A stretch of DNA of 64,000 nucleotides from Mustelus asterias (taxonomy: Eukaryota), in NCBI RefSeq assembly GCF_964213995.1, contig NW_027590117.1, positions 1,922,001-1,986,000 of the forward strand, in the 5' to 3' direction. Numbering within the stretch: the first letter of the stretch is position 1; each line of letters starts with the position of its first letter. The notes beneath the pieces were generated by a model. That model saw nothing but the letters and a program-made list of their open reading frames with translations. It was not told where the DNA came from and did not search any database. Below, in pieces: positions 37,760 through 52,022 of this stretch. Made by a program: the position numbers and the translations under genes.

Positions 37760-40700
37760 GTACAAACATCATTAACTGGTAGGTAAAGTAATAAAGCTAA
37801 TAGTCTATGAAGGATTGGAATTTGTGTTACAGTTGCAGAAAACTCTGTTCAGACCCCATTAAGATCACTGTGTTCATCCCAGGAAGGTTAGATTGGCCTT
37901 GGAGTGGGAGCAGCAGAATTTCACCAGTGATGCCAGACTCAAATGATGAGGACAGATTGCAAAGACTAGTCCTGTAATAACCTGAACATGGAAGATTAAG
38001 TGGTGATGTGAGTGAGATGTTTACAATGAATGATTTGATAGGGTGCAGAGAGATAAACTGTTAGCTCTGAATGGGGGAACCTCACCGTAAAATGAGATGA
38101 GACATTTCAGGGATAACTTAGACCATAAGAATATAAGATATAAGAATTCGGCCACTCGGCCGTTTGAGTCTGCTCTGCCAATGAAGCATAGCTGATATTT
38201 TTCTCATCCCCATTGTTCTGCCTTTTCCCCATAATCCCTGATCCCCTTATTTAATTTCAGGGAAAGCTTCTTGATAGAGGATGGTGGGAATGTTGAATTG
38301 TCCACAAACAATTGTTAAAGCTGAGTTTATCAGGAAATTAACAAGCTGAAGATGACAAGCAGCCAGTAACATGAAGGTGGATAGTCAGAGTTTCTGTAGG
38401 TATTTAAACAATAAAAGAGTTAAAGTGAGCATTGGTTCTATCGAAAGTGCATCTGGGGAATTGATAATGGAAAATAGGATATTGACAAATGAATTGAACA
38501 GGTAGTTTTCATTTGTGTTCACTATAGAGGACACAAGTAACATCCCAAAAATAGCTGGAAATCAGCAAATGGAAGGGTGGGAGGAACTCAGGAAAATTAC
38601 AATCACCAGAGAAAGTGGTATTGAGCAAATTGTCGGATCTGGAGGCTGACAAATCCCTGCGTCCGGATGGGCTTCACACTCAGGGCATGAAATCAGTGGC
38701 TAATGAGATAGCTGATGCATTTGTTTTAATTTTGCAAAATTCCCTGGCTTCAGAGAATGTGATGTGGAGATGCCGGGGTTGGACTGTGTGTGTGTGTGGG
38801 GGGGGGGGGGGGGGGGGGTGTGGTAAGCACAATAAGAAGTCTCACAACACCAGGTTAATGTCCAACAGGTTTATTTTACTACTAAGTAAACCTTGTGCTA
38901 CCAAATAAACCTATTGGACTTTAACCTGGTGATGTGAGACTTCTCATTGTTCAGAGAATGTTCCATTAGAATGAAATATAGAAAGTGTAACACCTTTATT
39001 CAAAAAGAGATGGAGAGAGAAAACAGGGAACTACAGGCTGTTACCCTGACAGCTATTCGACGACGAAGGGGCAGCCTGTTCCGAAAGCTGGTGGCTTTTG
39101 CTACCAAATAAACCTGTTGGACTTTAACCTGGTGTTGTCAGACTTCTTCCTCTGTTTACCCCAGTCCAACGCCAGCATCTCCACATCTTTTTCTGGGTGG
39201 CAGGATTTGTCGAATGGTGTATCTGTACCAGGAACACAACTTTTTACAATTTATAAAAATGACTTTGATGAAGGGACTGAAGATACGGTTGTTAAATTTG
39301 CTGACAGCATAAAGATTGACAAGAAATTTATTGCAAAGTGTACGTAAGGAGGCTACAAAAGGAAACAGAAAAGTTACGTGAATTGGCAAAATGTGGCAAA
39401 TGAGGCAAATTGCGAGGATAAAACAGTGGATGAAAAATTGAGACTTTCAAAGTTGAGATGAATAGGGTGCCAGCCAGGTACATAGCCACCAGAAATAAAT
39501 ACACGGCATCCAAAACTAGAGTATCCTGGAGTCTAAGGATATTGATGAGAAAATAAGGAAGAAAAAAGAGACATATGATGCATGCTGGAATAATAATAGC
39601 AATAGAAATCAGGAAAAACAGTTCAAATGCAGGAGAGAGGCTAAGGCTTTAATAAGGGAGGCTAAGAGGGAGCATGAGGAAAGGATAGCAGGCTGCGCTA
39701 AAACAAATAGTAAAATGTTCTTCAAACCTATACATGTGAAAAGGTTAGTGAAGGATAAAGTGGGGCTCATAAGGGACAAGCAGGGTAAACTGATCACTGA
39801 AGCAGAGGGTATGGCAGAGATAGTAAATGAGTACCGTGCTTCTGTCTTTACAAAATTAGACAATAGGACAATGGCCCTGTTGAAAATATGGGTGCTCAGT
39901 AACTGAACAGTATAGTGATAGATAAAGAAGAGGCACTAAAACTCTGGCAGCACTCTCAGTAGAGAAGTCACCAGGTCCAGACTGGATGCATCGTAGATTG
40001 CTGAGAGGTGAGGGAGCAAATTGCGCAGCCATTGACAGAAACTTCCTGGCCGCTTTGAACACAGAATTAGTCCCATGGGATTGGCGGATTGCAAATGTAA
40101 TGCTGTTTTTCAGGAAAGGGGCAAAGGATATCCCAGGAAACTACAGACCTCTCAGCTGGACATCAATAGTGAGAAAACAGATGGAGGCCACAGTCTGAAA
40201 TAAGATATATATATATACTCTCAGAGAAATATAAGTTCACACTACGCAGACGGCATAATTTTCTCAAGGGCAGGTCATGTTTGGCAAGATGAGACACAGG
40301 CATTGGATGAGGGTAGTGCCGTGGATGTTGTATATTTGGACTTTCAGAAAGCATTTGATATGGTGCCACATGGCAGGTTGGTGAGCGAATTAGAAATGTT
40401 TGTGATTGATGGGTCCTTGGCAGCATGGATTAGAAGTTGGCTGAAAGATAGGAAACAGAGGTTGGGTATAGATGTGCATTTCTCAGACTCAAGACGAGGT
40501 GAAAGTGGTGTTCCCCAGGGATCAGTGTTGGGACACTTGCTTTTTCTGATTTATATAAACCATTTAGAGATCGGGGTTAAGGGCAAAATTTGCATACAAT
40601 ACCAAGCTGGGGAGAATAATGAATTGTGAGAATGATGCTGAGTGACTTTAGAGGGACATTGACAAGTTGGCCAAATGGGAGACACCTGGCAGATGAATTG

Positions 40701-40900
40701 CAATGCAGCAAAATGTGAGGAAATGCATTTTGGTACAAGAAACATGAGGAGAAAATATGCCCATTGTGGTACAACATTTAGGGGAAGTACAGGAGCAGAG
40801 AGAACTTGGGTTTCAAGTGTATAATGCTCTGTTGCGGGCAAGGCAAGTTGAAACAGTTATTAATAAGGCTGATAGGATCCTTGGAGTCATAGAGGTTTAC
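37760..40900 (+). mobile_element. Mosaic of degraded CR1 ORF2 fragments
   Basis: PGNYRPLS, VVYLDFQKAFDMV and GVPQGSVLG in broken frames. Confidence 0.85.
38761..38949. mobile_element. Mini PLE fold-back (tail on the left) with 12-bp TSD
   Basis: TSD ttcagagaatgt at 38749-38760 and 38950-38961. Confidence 0.85.
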
Positions 40901-41081
40901 AGCATGGAAACAGCCCTTTGGCCCATCTTGAAGATCTGGTTGGCTGTAGGGATTCACATTCTAATCAGCATTCTAATCTAAGATCTTTAAGATCTGGTTG
41001 GCTGTAGGGATTTGCATTCTAATCAGTATTCTGTAACTTGATTTTGTGTCTCTGTGCCCTGTTTGAGAGCAGATTTCCACT

Positions 41082-41118
41082 CCATCTGACGAAGGAGCAG
41101 TGTTCTGAAAGCTAATGG
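41082..41118 (+). ncRNA. Minimal hammerhead ribozyme motif in PLE terminus (40930-41170)
   Basis: CCAT-CTGACGA-A-GGAGC AGT GTTCT-GAAA-GCTA-ATGG. Confidence 0.65.
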
Positions 41119-42170
41119 TATTTGCGACCAAATAAACCTGTTGGACATTAACCTGGTGTTGTTAAAACTCCTACAGAGGAAACCTATGCAGACATGGGGA
41201 GATTGTGTAGACTTCGCATAGAGAATGGCCTAAGCCAGGAATCGAACCTGGGTCCCTGGCGCAGTGAGACAGCAGTGCTAACCACTGTGCCACTCCCACT
41301 CCACCAAGCTGGCTGTGTCTTATTGAAGTTTCCCACTTTCCTCCTCACAGTTGCCAAGGCCTCCAAGTTTCGTGACGTATGGAAATGTTGAGCTTGAGTC
41401 CTGTACACCGAGGCGTGTGTCATTAATGTATATCAGGAAGAGCAGGGCTCCTAAAACCGAGCCCTGGGGAACTCCGCTGGGAACCTTCGTCCAGTCTGAA
41501 AAACAATCATTAACCACTACTCTCTGTTTCCTCTCACTCACACTATTCCATATGGGGCGGTGAGGATGGCCTCTACACCCTAGCTATGACTGTAACACTG
41601 CATTCTGCACTCTCTCCTATCCTTCTCTATGAATGGTATGCTTTGTCTGTATAGCACGCAAGAAACAATACTTTTCACGATTTACTAATACATGTGATGA
41701 TAATAAATCAAATCATACCTCAATCTGAGAATGTATTTCAGATTTGGATTTGTATCAAATGTATTTGTGAATATTCACTGTGGCCATTAGTACAGTCAAT
41801 TCAAAACCCCTGATTTGCGTGATGTGACTGGTATTTAAGTCGAATCTCAGAGTACATTATTAATGTCCATTGTGTAACTTTTAATTAGAATCTATGTGTC
41901 AGTTTTACCACATATTTAATTTGGAGCTAAGGCTGCTCTATTGTGAGATTGACACTGTGATGATCTGATGGCAGGAGTCAATTTGGACTTGGATTTATGG
42001 ATCCCACTATCAATGGTACTGGGTTTGATTTGATTTATTATTGTCACATGCATTGGTTTACAGTGAAAAGAATTATTTCTTGCATGCTATACAGACAAAG
42101 CATACAGTTCATACAGTACATAGAGCAGAAGGAAAGGAGAGGGTGCAGGATGTAGTGTTAGAAGTCCATT

Positions 42171-42253
42171 TAATTGGAGTGTGGTTCAAATGCACATGGA
42201 CATAAGTCCGTTGGATCTCAAGTCCAACCCCTTAACCACTCGGCCATCCTGGT
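42171..42253 (-). pseudogene. tRNA-Leu (TAA-derived) pseudogene
   Basis: Reverse complement ACCAGGATGGCCGAGTGGTTAAGGGGTTGGACTTGAGATCCAACGGACTTATGTCC..; anticodon position reads TGA; T arm and acceptor 3' strand broken. Confidence 0.85.
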
Positions 42254-42364
42254 AGGATATTTAGAGTCACATGGACAAAAATGTCTGTCTCTCCTGCTCT
42301 GTTTGATTGATGGATTGAAAATGTGTCTGCAACTATTTCTGCTCTCTGAGACTGTTGAACTAAT

Positions 42365-43614
42365 AAGATGTATGTGTGTCAGGAATTGGTTGCATTCTTG
42401 GACATACGCATCTCCATCAAGGACGGTCACCTCAGCACTTCACTGTACCGCAAGCACATGGATAACCTCATGATGCTCCACTTCTCCAGCTTCCATCCTA
42501 TACACGTTAAAGAAGCCGTCCTCTGTGGACAAGCCCTCTGTATACACAGGATCTGCTCAGATGAGGAGTATTGCAACAGACACCGACAGACGCTGAAAGA
42601 TGCCCTCATAACAGGATATGGTGCTCGACTCATTGATCGACAGTTCCGATGTGCCACAGAAGACAAACACAGGACACGATAGACAGAGTACCCTTCATTG
42701 TCCAATCCTTCCCCAGAGCGGAGAAGCTACGACATCTTCTCCGGAGCCTTCAACATGTCAAGTATGAAGACGAACATCTCGCCAAGGCCATCCCCACACC
42801 CTCACTTCTCGCCTTCAAACAATCGCATAACCTCAAACAGACCATTGTCTGCAGCAAATTACCCAGCATTCAGGAGAACATTGACCACGACACCACACAA
42901 CCCTGCCACAGCAACCTCTGTAAATGTGCCGGATCATTGACACTGATGCCATCATCTCACATGAGAACACCATCCACTACGCACACGGTACATAATCTTG
43001 TGAGTTGGCCAATGTTGTCTACCTGACACGCTGCAGGAAAGGATGTCCCAAGGCATGGCACATTGGAGAGACTATGCAGACACTATGACAACGGATGAAT
43101 GAACACCGCTCAACAATCGCCAGGCAGGAGTGCTTCCTTCCTGTCGGGGTACACTTCAGCAGTCATGGGCATTCAACCTCTGATCTTCGAGTAAGCATTC
43201 TCCAAGGTGGCCTTCACGACACATGACAACGCAGAATCACTGAGCAGAAACTGATAGCCAAGTTCCGCACACATGAGGATGGCCTCAACCGGGACCTTGG
43301 GATCATGTCACACTATCTGTAACCCCCACAACTTGCCTGGGCAAAATATCAATAACTGTCCTGGCTGGAGACAATACACACCTCTTTAACCAGTGCTTGG
43401 CCCTCTCTCCACTTACACTGTCTGTAATTTTAAGACTTGATTACCTGTAAAGACTCGCATTCTTACCATTATCTTGTAAATTGAGTTTGTGCCTGTATGT
43501 GCCCTGTTTGTGAACACAGCTTCTCACTCACCTGAAGGAGCCTGAGACTCCAAAAGCTTGTGCTGCCAAATAAACCTGTTGGACTTTAACCTGGTGTTGT
43601 GAGACTTCTTACTG
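42365..43614 (+). mobile_element. Penelope-like element, 5'-truncated (RT C-terminus, GIY-YIG endonuclease, pLTR)
   Basis: FLDIRISIKDGHLSTSLYRK..HFSSFHP..ICSDE; gccaatgttgtctacctg..cacattggagagact = NVVYL..HIGET GIY-YIG-like; terminal ccaaataaacctgttggactttaacctgg. Confidence 0.9.
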
Positions 43615-45256
43615 TCTGAGCTCCGTCAGAGACAACGTGAGAAGGAGCCGGCGACTCACTTCCCTGTAACTTGCGTGGAGGAGACATCACATTTATTCAC
43701 GTTCCTTCAATAATTTGTCTGTGGAAACAAAGTATATTTTAAAATTCAAGTACAGGTGAGAGAGAAGATACAGATTCCGTCAGTTTAATCTCTATTAATA
43801 ATCATTGTGAGCGGTTTGTGAGGCTGCAGCCAGACTCGAGCTCTGATTGGTCACTCACATTTCAATCAGATTCGTAACCAATGGGAGGATCAGGGAGAAG
43901 AAATGGGAGGTTTTGATTGGTTCACATTTTCAAATTGGAAAAACCCGCCAATTTCAGTGCAGGAAAAATATAAAATAACCGAACGCCTGAATGTTCAGGA
44001 AACTATTTCAATCTCACACTTTATAATCTGTTTATTGTATTTTCCGCCACAGAATCCTGGCGCTATTTTAGGAACAGTTTAAATTTCTCAATCTCTTATC
44101 GAGAACCCGCGGTAATCAGACCCCGTTCCGCAATTTAAAACGGAGCAAATCTCAGCTCAGTGGAAAAGCAGAAACATAGAGATCACCAACCAACTCCTTC
44201 ACACAGGCTTCACAGGGACAGAGGGAAACGGCTGATTTCTGATCCTATCCCCTGAAAGCGGCCGGGAATGTTACAATGGGAAGTGCGAAGAGAATCCCCG
44301 GCCCGATCCCGCCGGTGGAACAGGCAGCTTTGTGTCTGGAGAATAGGGAGCGCCGGGGGGAGGCAGATCTTAAAGCGCTGCAATGGACTCAGGTCCTGTG
44401 TGTGCAGAAATCTCGCTGATTCCGTCCTCTGGGAAAACTGCGGAATAAACAGATCAGCCCGAGAATAACCTCTTCATTCCCGCCTTTACTCTGTTCCGGG
44501 AGCGACGCCCAGATCATCCGACAGAGGAAAATATATCATTCTCCAACTGCGAAATTCTTCCTTGTTGTCGATAATGCGCCGGGATAGACTCGGTATGAAG
44601 CAAACTGAAGGATTTATAAAAACCTTGATTCTGACACCATGTCGTTCAATTATTCACTTGAGCTCAATATAGAGAGGGAACTGAAACATCAGTAAACAAA
44701 TCAGAAACAGATCAATCCACCGTGACAGTCACTCCATCTCTGACTCCCTGCTGCCAGGAAGCAGCCCTTTCACTGATCCTGTGAGCTTATGTGTTAAATC
44801 TGAATGGGCTTGAGTGAAAAGGGACAGAGATCGAGTCTAACGCACTAAGTGGAGGAAGATAAACTTCAAATCCTCTCTGTACCTGTAACAATCTGTGTAA
44901 GAATGGAATAAAGTCTTAGTTTGCACAGATGGTTATTTGCTGCACAAAAAAACGGCGCAAATGATGAAATTGTTGATTAACTGAAATCAGAACCCGAGTT
45001 CCAGATATCAACTATTAATAAAAAACAGCAACTTGCATGCATTAAAATACTGCCTGTGACAATACTATCGTAACGTGGATGGTGTATTCGCCTGATGAAT
45101 TCCTCTATCTGCTGCGAGACTGATGGGGTCTATTTACTATCGTACACAGGGGGAACTCCGGATTGATAAAACAAAGCGGGAAACAGCTGGACTGTGAATA
45201 GCAGCGCAGCATCTGAGGGGCAAACAATAGATCGCCCTTTTCCAGAAAAAGTGAGT

Positions 45257-45272
45257 GGCTCTGAAAAGAGCC
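45257..45272 (-). promoter_or_regulatory. Histone 3' stem-loop (H2A copy 2)
   Basis: Minus strand GGCTCTTTTCAGAGCC. Confidence 0.93.
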
Positions 45273-45302
45273 TTTGGGTTATCAGATTAAAGAATGGTCG
45301 CT

Positions 45303-45917
<615 letters not shown>

Positions 45918-46772
45918 TCATTTCAAACTGTAAAAGCCGCCAAAGCGGAAAGAACAAGAGTTTCGAAAATTATACGAATAGGTAATGGTTAATTAATTTT
46001 GAGTAAGGTAAGAATCTCCCTTTCTCTCCTTCCCCAGTCTATAGTTAACCTGTATCTGGCAGTTTCTGATTTTCAGCCTGGGTTTTTCGGAAAATAAGTC
46101 GAAAATAACAAAATTTTCACTATTCATTTTTGAAAAGTTCGCAGATGTATTTATAAAACAAGAAATACATTTCAAATAAAATCTCTCAATAATTAACTGT
46201 CTAACAACAAAGTGTTTAAAACATCAGTCTGTGTTTGCACCATTTCACATTTTATCCCAAGTTGCAGATTTGCTTTTAGAATCCTGGATCCATTCGGGGT
46301 TAATCTCGGCCCTTTTTAAAACTCTCGAACTCGCCGCCAGAAAGTCTCATTGACATCGTTCTGTAAACGGACGGGATGTTCTCCATATTCGTGAGAATCA
46401 TTTTCGGTGTAAATTGACCAGTGCCGAGACTGAGGTTCCTGCACAACCGGGGCTGATAGGGAATAAACTGATCGATTATTAAGACCAAACTGGAACAGAA
46501 TTGGAAGCTGACACATTTGCTCCATTAGCTCTCTCTCTCTCTCTCTAAAGTCGGGGAAACGGGCCTCTGAGATCTAAGTGCAGAGGCGGTCGGAAACCAA
46601 TTAATTAATTAATGAAACATTATTAATCAGACGCTGGGCGATCAACTTGCATTACTCAGTACTTATCATTGATCAACAGTAAAAACAACTATTAGATTGT
46701 TCGAGACGCTTCAGAGTGAAAGATTAATCGAAACTAAATGGATGATACAGCTTTTTCAGGGAGATTGTGAGT

Positions 46773-46788
46773 GGCTCTTAAAAGAGCC
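46773..46788 (-). promoter_or_regulatory. Histone 3' stem-loop (H2B copy 1)
   Basis: Minus strand GGCTCTTTTAAGAGCC. Confidence 0.93.
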
Positions 46789-46825
46789 GTTGTGTTTGGG
46801 ATGTTGTTCAGTCCATGGGGGGGTT

Positions 46826-47200
46826 TTACTTGGAGCTGGTGTACTTGGTCACCGCCTTTGTCCCTTCCGACACGGCGTGTTTGGCCAGTTCCCCGGGCAG
46901 CAGCAGGCGCACGGCGGTCTGGATCTCCCGGGAGCTGATGGTGCTGCGCTTGTTGTAATGGGCCAGGCGGGAAGCCTCACCCGCGATGCGCTCGAAAATA
47001 TCGTTCACGAACGAGTTCATGATGCTCATGGCCTTGGAGGAGATGCCGGTGTCGGGGTGAACCTGCTTCATCACTTTGTAGATGTAGATGGAGTAACTCT
47101 CCTTCCTCGACTTTCGCCGCTTCTTGCCGCCCTTTATTACCGGTTTCTTAATCACTTTCTTCGCCCCCTTCTTAGGAGCTGCTTTCTTCTCATCCACCAT
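46826..47200 (-). CDS. H2B: Histone H2B copy 1, 124 aa
   Basis: [35 protein letters not shown]. Confidence 0.98.
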   Translation of the reverse strand: MVDEKKAAPKKGAKKVIKKPVIKGGKKRRKSRKESYSIYIYKVMKQVHPDTGISSKAMSIMNSFVNDIFERIAGEASRLAHYNKRSTISSREIQTAVRLLLPGELAKHAVSEGTKAVTKYTSSK

Positions 47201-47250
47201 CCTCACTGTTAATTTCAGACACAGAATCACTGAGTCGCGCTCGGAACTCC

Positions 47251-47362
47251 TCTTTTATAGACCAAAGCAGAGGCCTATGCTAATGAAGGATGGCTGAAAG
47301 CCCTGTTCCCCATTGGCTCATTCACAGTGATGTCAATTCGTGACGCTCTCTCTCTGATTGGT
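47251..47362 (-). promoter_or_regulatory. H2B copy 1 promoter (TATA, octamer variant, CCAAT)
   Basis: Minus strand TATAAAA at ~47253-47259, ATTAGCAT at 47277-47284, CCAAT at ~47312 and ~47357. Confidence 0.75.
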
Positions 47363-48688
47363 TAGTTCAGATACTCAAACACAGAGTTTGTGGATTTGAG
47401 CAGCAACCAGTCTGTTGTCAATCCGTCCTTTCCCCTTGTCCGCCCCGATCCACCCAACCCCCTGACTCTCTCACTCCCTCTGCCGCACCAGCGCATTCTC
47501 TCTGCTGCTAATCCCACATCACTCTATCAGACTGCTGATACTGTTCATACATTTCCCCTTCCTCACCAGCACCAACTGCTCTGCTTTACTTCCGCCCATC
47601 ACCGGGAGCTGGCAGTGTACAATATCTGGGCGTGTGGAAGGGGAACAAGTTTGATGAGCAACAGCCACATTGACATTGTTGCTAAAACAAAAAGCTGACT
47701 GCAAGAAGGAGTGGAATCAGAATTGGATATTACTGGCTACAAGCCTTGATACGGTTCCACACCAGAGGCAAATAAAGAAAATGAGAGCACGTGGAATGGT
47801 GGGGGCTGGGGGGGGGGGGGGGGGGCGGCGGGGTCTGGGGGAGAGAATGTCCTGGAATAGACTGAGAACGAGCTGATGGACAGAAAACTGAGAGTAGGAA
47901 CAAATGGGTCATTTTCAAGTTAGCAGGCTATGACAAGTGGGCTACCACAAGGATCGGTGTTTGGGCCACTGCTTTCTACAATCTGTGTATCAATGATTTG
48001 GGATTAAAGGTAATATTTCTAAATTGGTAGCTGTCACAAACAAGGTGGATGTGTGAGTTGTGAGAAGGAGGCAAAGACTCTTCGTGTGTATTTGAAGAGG
48101 CTGAGCGAATGGGCAACAATTTTGCAGATAGAAGCAATGCGGAGAGATATGAGGAGATTTAATCATTAAATATGTTCAAGAGTGAGATTGATAGATTTCT
48201 ACATGTCAAAAACATCAAGGGTTACGGGGATAGCTCAGGAAAATGGTGTTGAAGTGGAAAATCAGTCATGATTTCACTGTATGGCAATGTGGACTCGAAG
48301 AGCCGAATGGCCGACTCTTGCTCCAATTTCTTATCTTCTAATTATGTTTTAGCATGGTCATCATTCTGTGACTGTAATTAACGATAAATGAGTACAAGGT
48401 ACTTCTTGTATCCTGTCACAATATGACTTTGGCTTTAAAAATAGAACAGAGCATGTCCAGAGCTAGTGACTGACCTCCTATTTTCCAACAGACTTTCCAC
48501 AATTGAATTCCACATTTAGGTAAGGGATGGAATACTCTCCACTCACTGATCAGTGCACCTCCAACAACACCAAAGAATCTCAGAAACAAATCTAGTTTTT
48601 GGTTTCACTTGCATTCACCAGCTTCAGCATTTACTCCCTCAACCATTCATACACAGTGAGCACCATTTGTGAAGTACACTGCAAGAAT

Positions 48689-49019
48689 GGGTGACACAAT
48701 GGTTAGAGAGCTGCCTCACAATGCCAGGGACCCAGGTTCGTTTCCGGCCTCGGACGCCTGTCTTTGTGGAGGTTGCATATTCTCCCCTTATCTGCATGGG
48801 TTTTCTCCAAGTGCACTGGTTTCCTCCCACAGTTCAAAGTTGTGCAGGTTATTTGGATTGGCCATGTTAATTGCCCCTTGGTACCCCAAGATGTGTAGTT
48901 AGGGGATGTAGCCGTGGTAAATTTGTGGGGTTATGGGGATAGGGCCTGGGTAAAATGTTGAGTCAGTGCAGACTTGATGGGTCAAATGACATCCTTCTGC
49001 ACTGGAGGGATCCTATTCT
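48689..49019 (+). mobile_element. HE1-type SINE (diverged)
   Basis: Head, core and tail match other copies. Confidence 0.8.
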
Positions 49020-51668
49020 AAATCAGTGAGGCTGAGTGTGGGACTGAAATAGCATCTCTCTATTTCATGTACAGAATGTGATTAATTATGTGCCTGTAAG
49101 TATTGGGTACAGTATGTGAAACAAAATGTGTATTTGTCTGTTGATTGCCAGCTTGCATGTGTGAGATTGGCTGAACATAATTTTGTGACTCATGCACTAT
49201 ATCAGTCTCCACTGTGTATGTTAATATGGGGTAAATTCTGCTCATGCCAGTGTCTTGAATTGAATGGGAGTTTGATTTCAGTTCTGCAGGCATGTGTCAT
49301 TGAGTAACTGCATAAGTGTCTGAATCATACTGTATGCATCGGTCTCTGGTACAACATCTGAGTGTGCTTTTCTGTCTGTCTATGGTGTTGTGTGTGAATG
49401 CAGGGTTCATTCTATGGATGCTACTTGTGATACTGTGTGAGAGTGGACTTCATTTTGCTTCACTGTTTCTCAAAACAAAAGTTTGAATGTAGGTATCATT
49501 CTGTAGTTGTCATTCTCTAGTATGTTTTGGAATTCCTTGTTCTTCCATCTGTCTCTAGAGAGTTTGAGAAAGTAGGATTAATTTTACATCTGTGATTCTC
49601 TGATTATCCATGTGGGTGTAGGAATCAATCTTTATCCATGTGTCTCTTGCGTTGTGTTGAAGTGTGGGATACTTCTGTACTTTAACTTTACATGTATCTC
49701 AGACATTGTGATAAACACTACATGCTAAAAACATAATGTATTGATATTTGTTCATCTTTCAATTTATTTTTTCATAGATTTCCAGTACATTTGACTGTCC
49801 CTGTTTATATTCAGCAGCTGTGTGTGAGTATTCAATTTGTAATTCTGTGAATGGTAACAATTGGATACATAACCTGGGAAGCAATTCCTGCAATTGGAAG
49901 CAAAGGAATTGCTGTTACATCTTTCTGTCTTACTCATATTGAGCTTTTTTGGATTCATTTACATATTTATCAGGTAATTAATTGTAATTTATTCAGTATT
50001 GTACAATTATCTTTTGTCTGTCTGAGCGAAGAATTGTTACTTAATGTGTGATCAAGGTGACACCGTGTTTTATATCTGTGAGTGGATGAATTTGTTTTAT
50101 TCCTGTGATATATACCTGTCAAGATAAAAGATAAGAAAATGTAGATGTACAAAAGGACTAAAAATGTTAACATGCAGGTCCAGATGGCAATTAGGAAGGC
50201 TAATGATATGTTGGACATTATTGCAAAAGGTTTTGAGTACAGCAGAAGTGAAGCCTTACTTTAATTGTCTAGCAGCTTGGTTAGACGGCACCTGGAGAAC
50301 TGTGTGTAGTTTTGGTCCCCTTACCTTAGGAAGGATAATTATTTTGTGATAGAAAGTGTAACAAAGGTTCACCAAACTTGTTCCAAAGATCAGAGAGGCA
50401 TCTACATCGGTACAGACTTGGTGGGCTAAAGGATCTGTTTCTGTTCTGTATTGTTCTTTGTTCTTTGCATCGCTATAGTGGGGGAGGATATTTATGCCAT
50501 CTAGTCTGCACTGACTCAGCATCTTACATTTTCCCACACAACCCCCTCCCACACTATCCAAATAACCCACAAACCATTGAATCTGCACAAGCTGGAACAC
50601 AAAGGAACATGCAACCTGTGACCATCACCCTCTGCTTTATGCCACTACGAAAGTTTTTGATGCAATTTTCCAAATTATACTGGATCCCATGGGCTCATAT
50701 CTTCTTGACCAGTCTCCCATTGTCAAATGCCTTACTGAAGTCCATGTGGACAACATCAACTCACTGCCCTGACCTACAAGGCGAGACAACTCCCCAAAAA
50801 ATTCAATCTAATTTGTTAGACATGATCTCCCCCGAACAAAGCCATGCTGACTATCCTTGATTAATCCTTGCCTCTGCAAATGGAGATTAATTTTGACCCT
50901 CACAATTTTTCTCAATAGTTCCCCTTACACTGATTTCAGACTTTAAACAACTGGATTGTGTCCTTGTCACCTCAAGGACATCTCCACTCTCCAACACTAC
51001 AATGACTTCCCTGGTCAGTATTGTCATCCCACCTCTCCTTTTCTATTATCTATCTCTTTCTGAACACAATTCTTGAATATTCAGCACCCTGTCTTCACTC
51101 TTTAAGCCACATTTCTGTCATTGCCTTCACATCAGATTCCCACATTTCTCTTGGTCCTTCAAGCTCATCAACCTTGTTTATCACACTTTGTGTTTACATA
51201 CATTGGAAACCTGTCTTGACATTCTTCATAGTACTTGTTTGTCTCCTTCTATCCAACATGGTATTACTTCCTTCTCCTGTATTATCCATCACTCTCCCTC
51301 CTTTCTGCCCTTATTCCTTTCTGCTACTTTTATATGTATCACAACCTCTATCCTATCACCCTCCTCTTTCAGGATGTCCTGCAGCGATTCAGTGACATCC
51401 CTGACACTGGCCAGGGAGATAACACACCATCCTGAAGTCAAATCCTTGGCCACAGAAATGCCTGTCTGCTCTACTGACTGATGAATTCCCTATCACTATT
51501 GCTCTTCCTGTCTTCTTCTTCCTCACCTGTTCAAGCAAGATGCTTGTGGTGCCAGAATCTTGGCTCTGACTGCACTCCTCTGGGGTGCTGACCAACACCC
51601 TCATCTGCATCCAAAATGGAAGACATGTTCGTGACTAGGATCCCAGGGGACTCCTGCAGTACCCGTTT

Positions 51669-52022
51669 GGGTGGCAGGGTGACAAAGTGGTTTGCATTGC
51701 TGCCTCACAGCATGAGGGACCCGGCTTCAATTCTGGCCTTGGATGGCTGTTTGTGTGGAGTTTGCACATTCTCCCGGTTTATGTGTGGGTTTCCTCCTGG
51801 TGCTCTGGTCACCTCCCACAGTCCAAAAATGTGCAGGTTAGGTGGATTGACCATGCTAAATTGCCCTTTAGTGCCCCAAGATGTGTAGGTTGGAGAGATT
51901 GGCAGCGTAAATACCTGGGGTTATGGGGATAGGGGCTGGGTAGGATGGTTATTGGTGCAGGCTCGATGGGCTGAATGGCCCCCTTCTGCACTGGAGGGAT
52001 TCCATGATTCTATTCCATGATT
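51669..52022 (+). mobile_element. HE1-type SINE (diverged)
   Basis: Head, core and tail match other copies. Confidence 0.8.

Larger units (their letters stand above)
41715..44520. repeat. Left arm of inverted segmental duplication (partner ~59680-61145), interrupted by a PLE
   Basis: Long reverse-complement similarity including the tRNA-Leu pseudogene and a Rex1 tail. Confidence 0.9.

Noticed and set aside
42171-42253. Leu-body tRNA with a TGA (Ser) anticodon as a possible recoding tRNA
   Set aside because: The T arm, B box and 3' acceptor strand are destroyed, so a functional tRNA is unlikely
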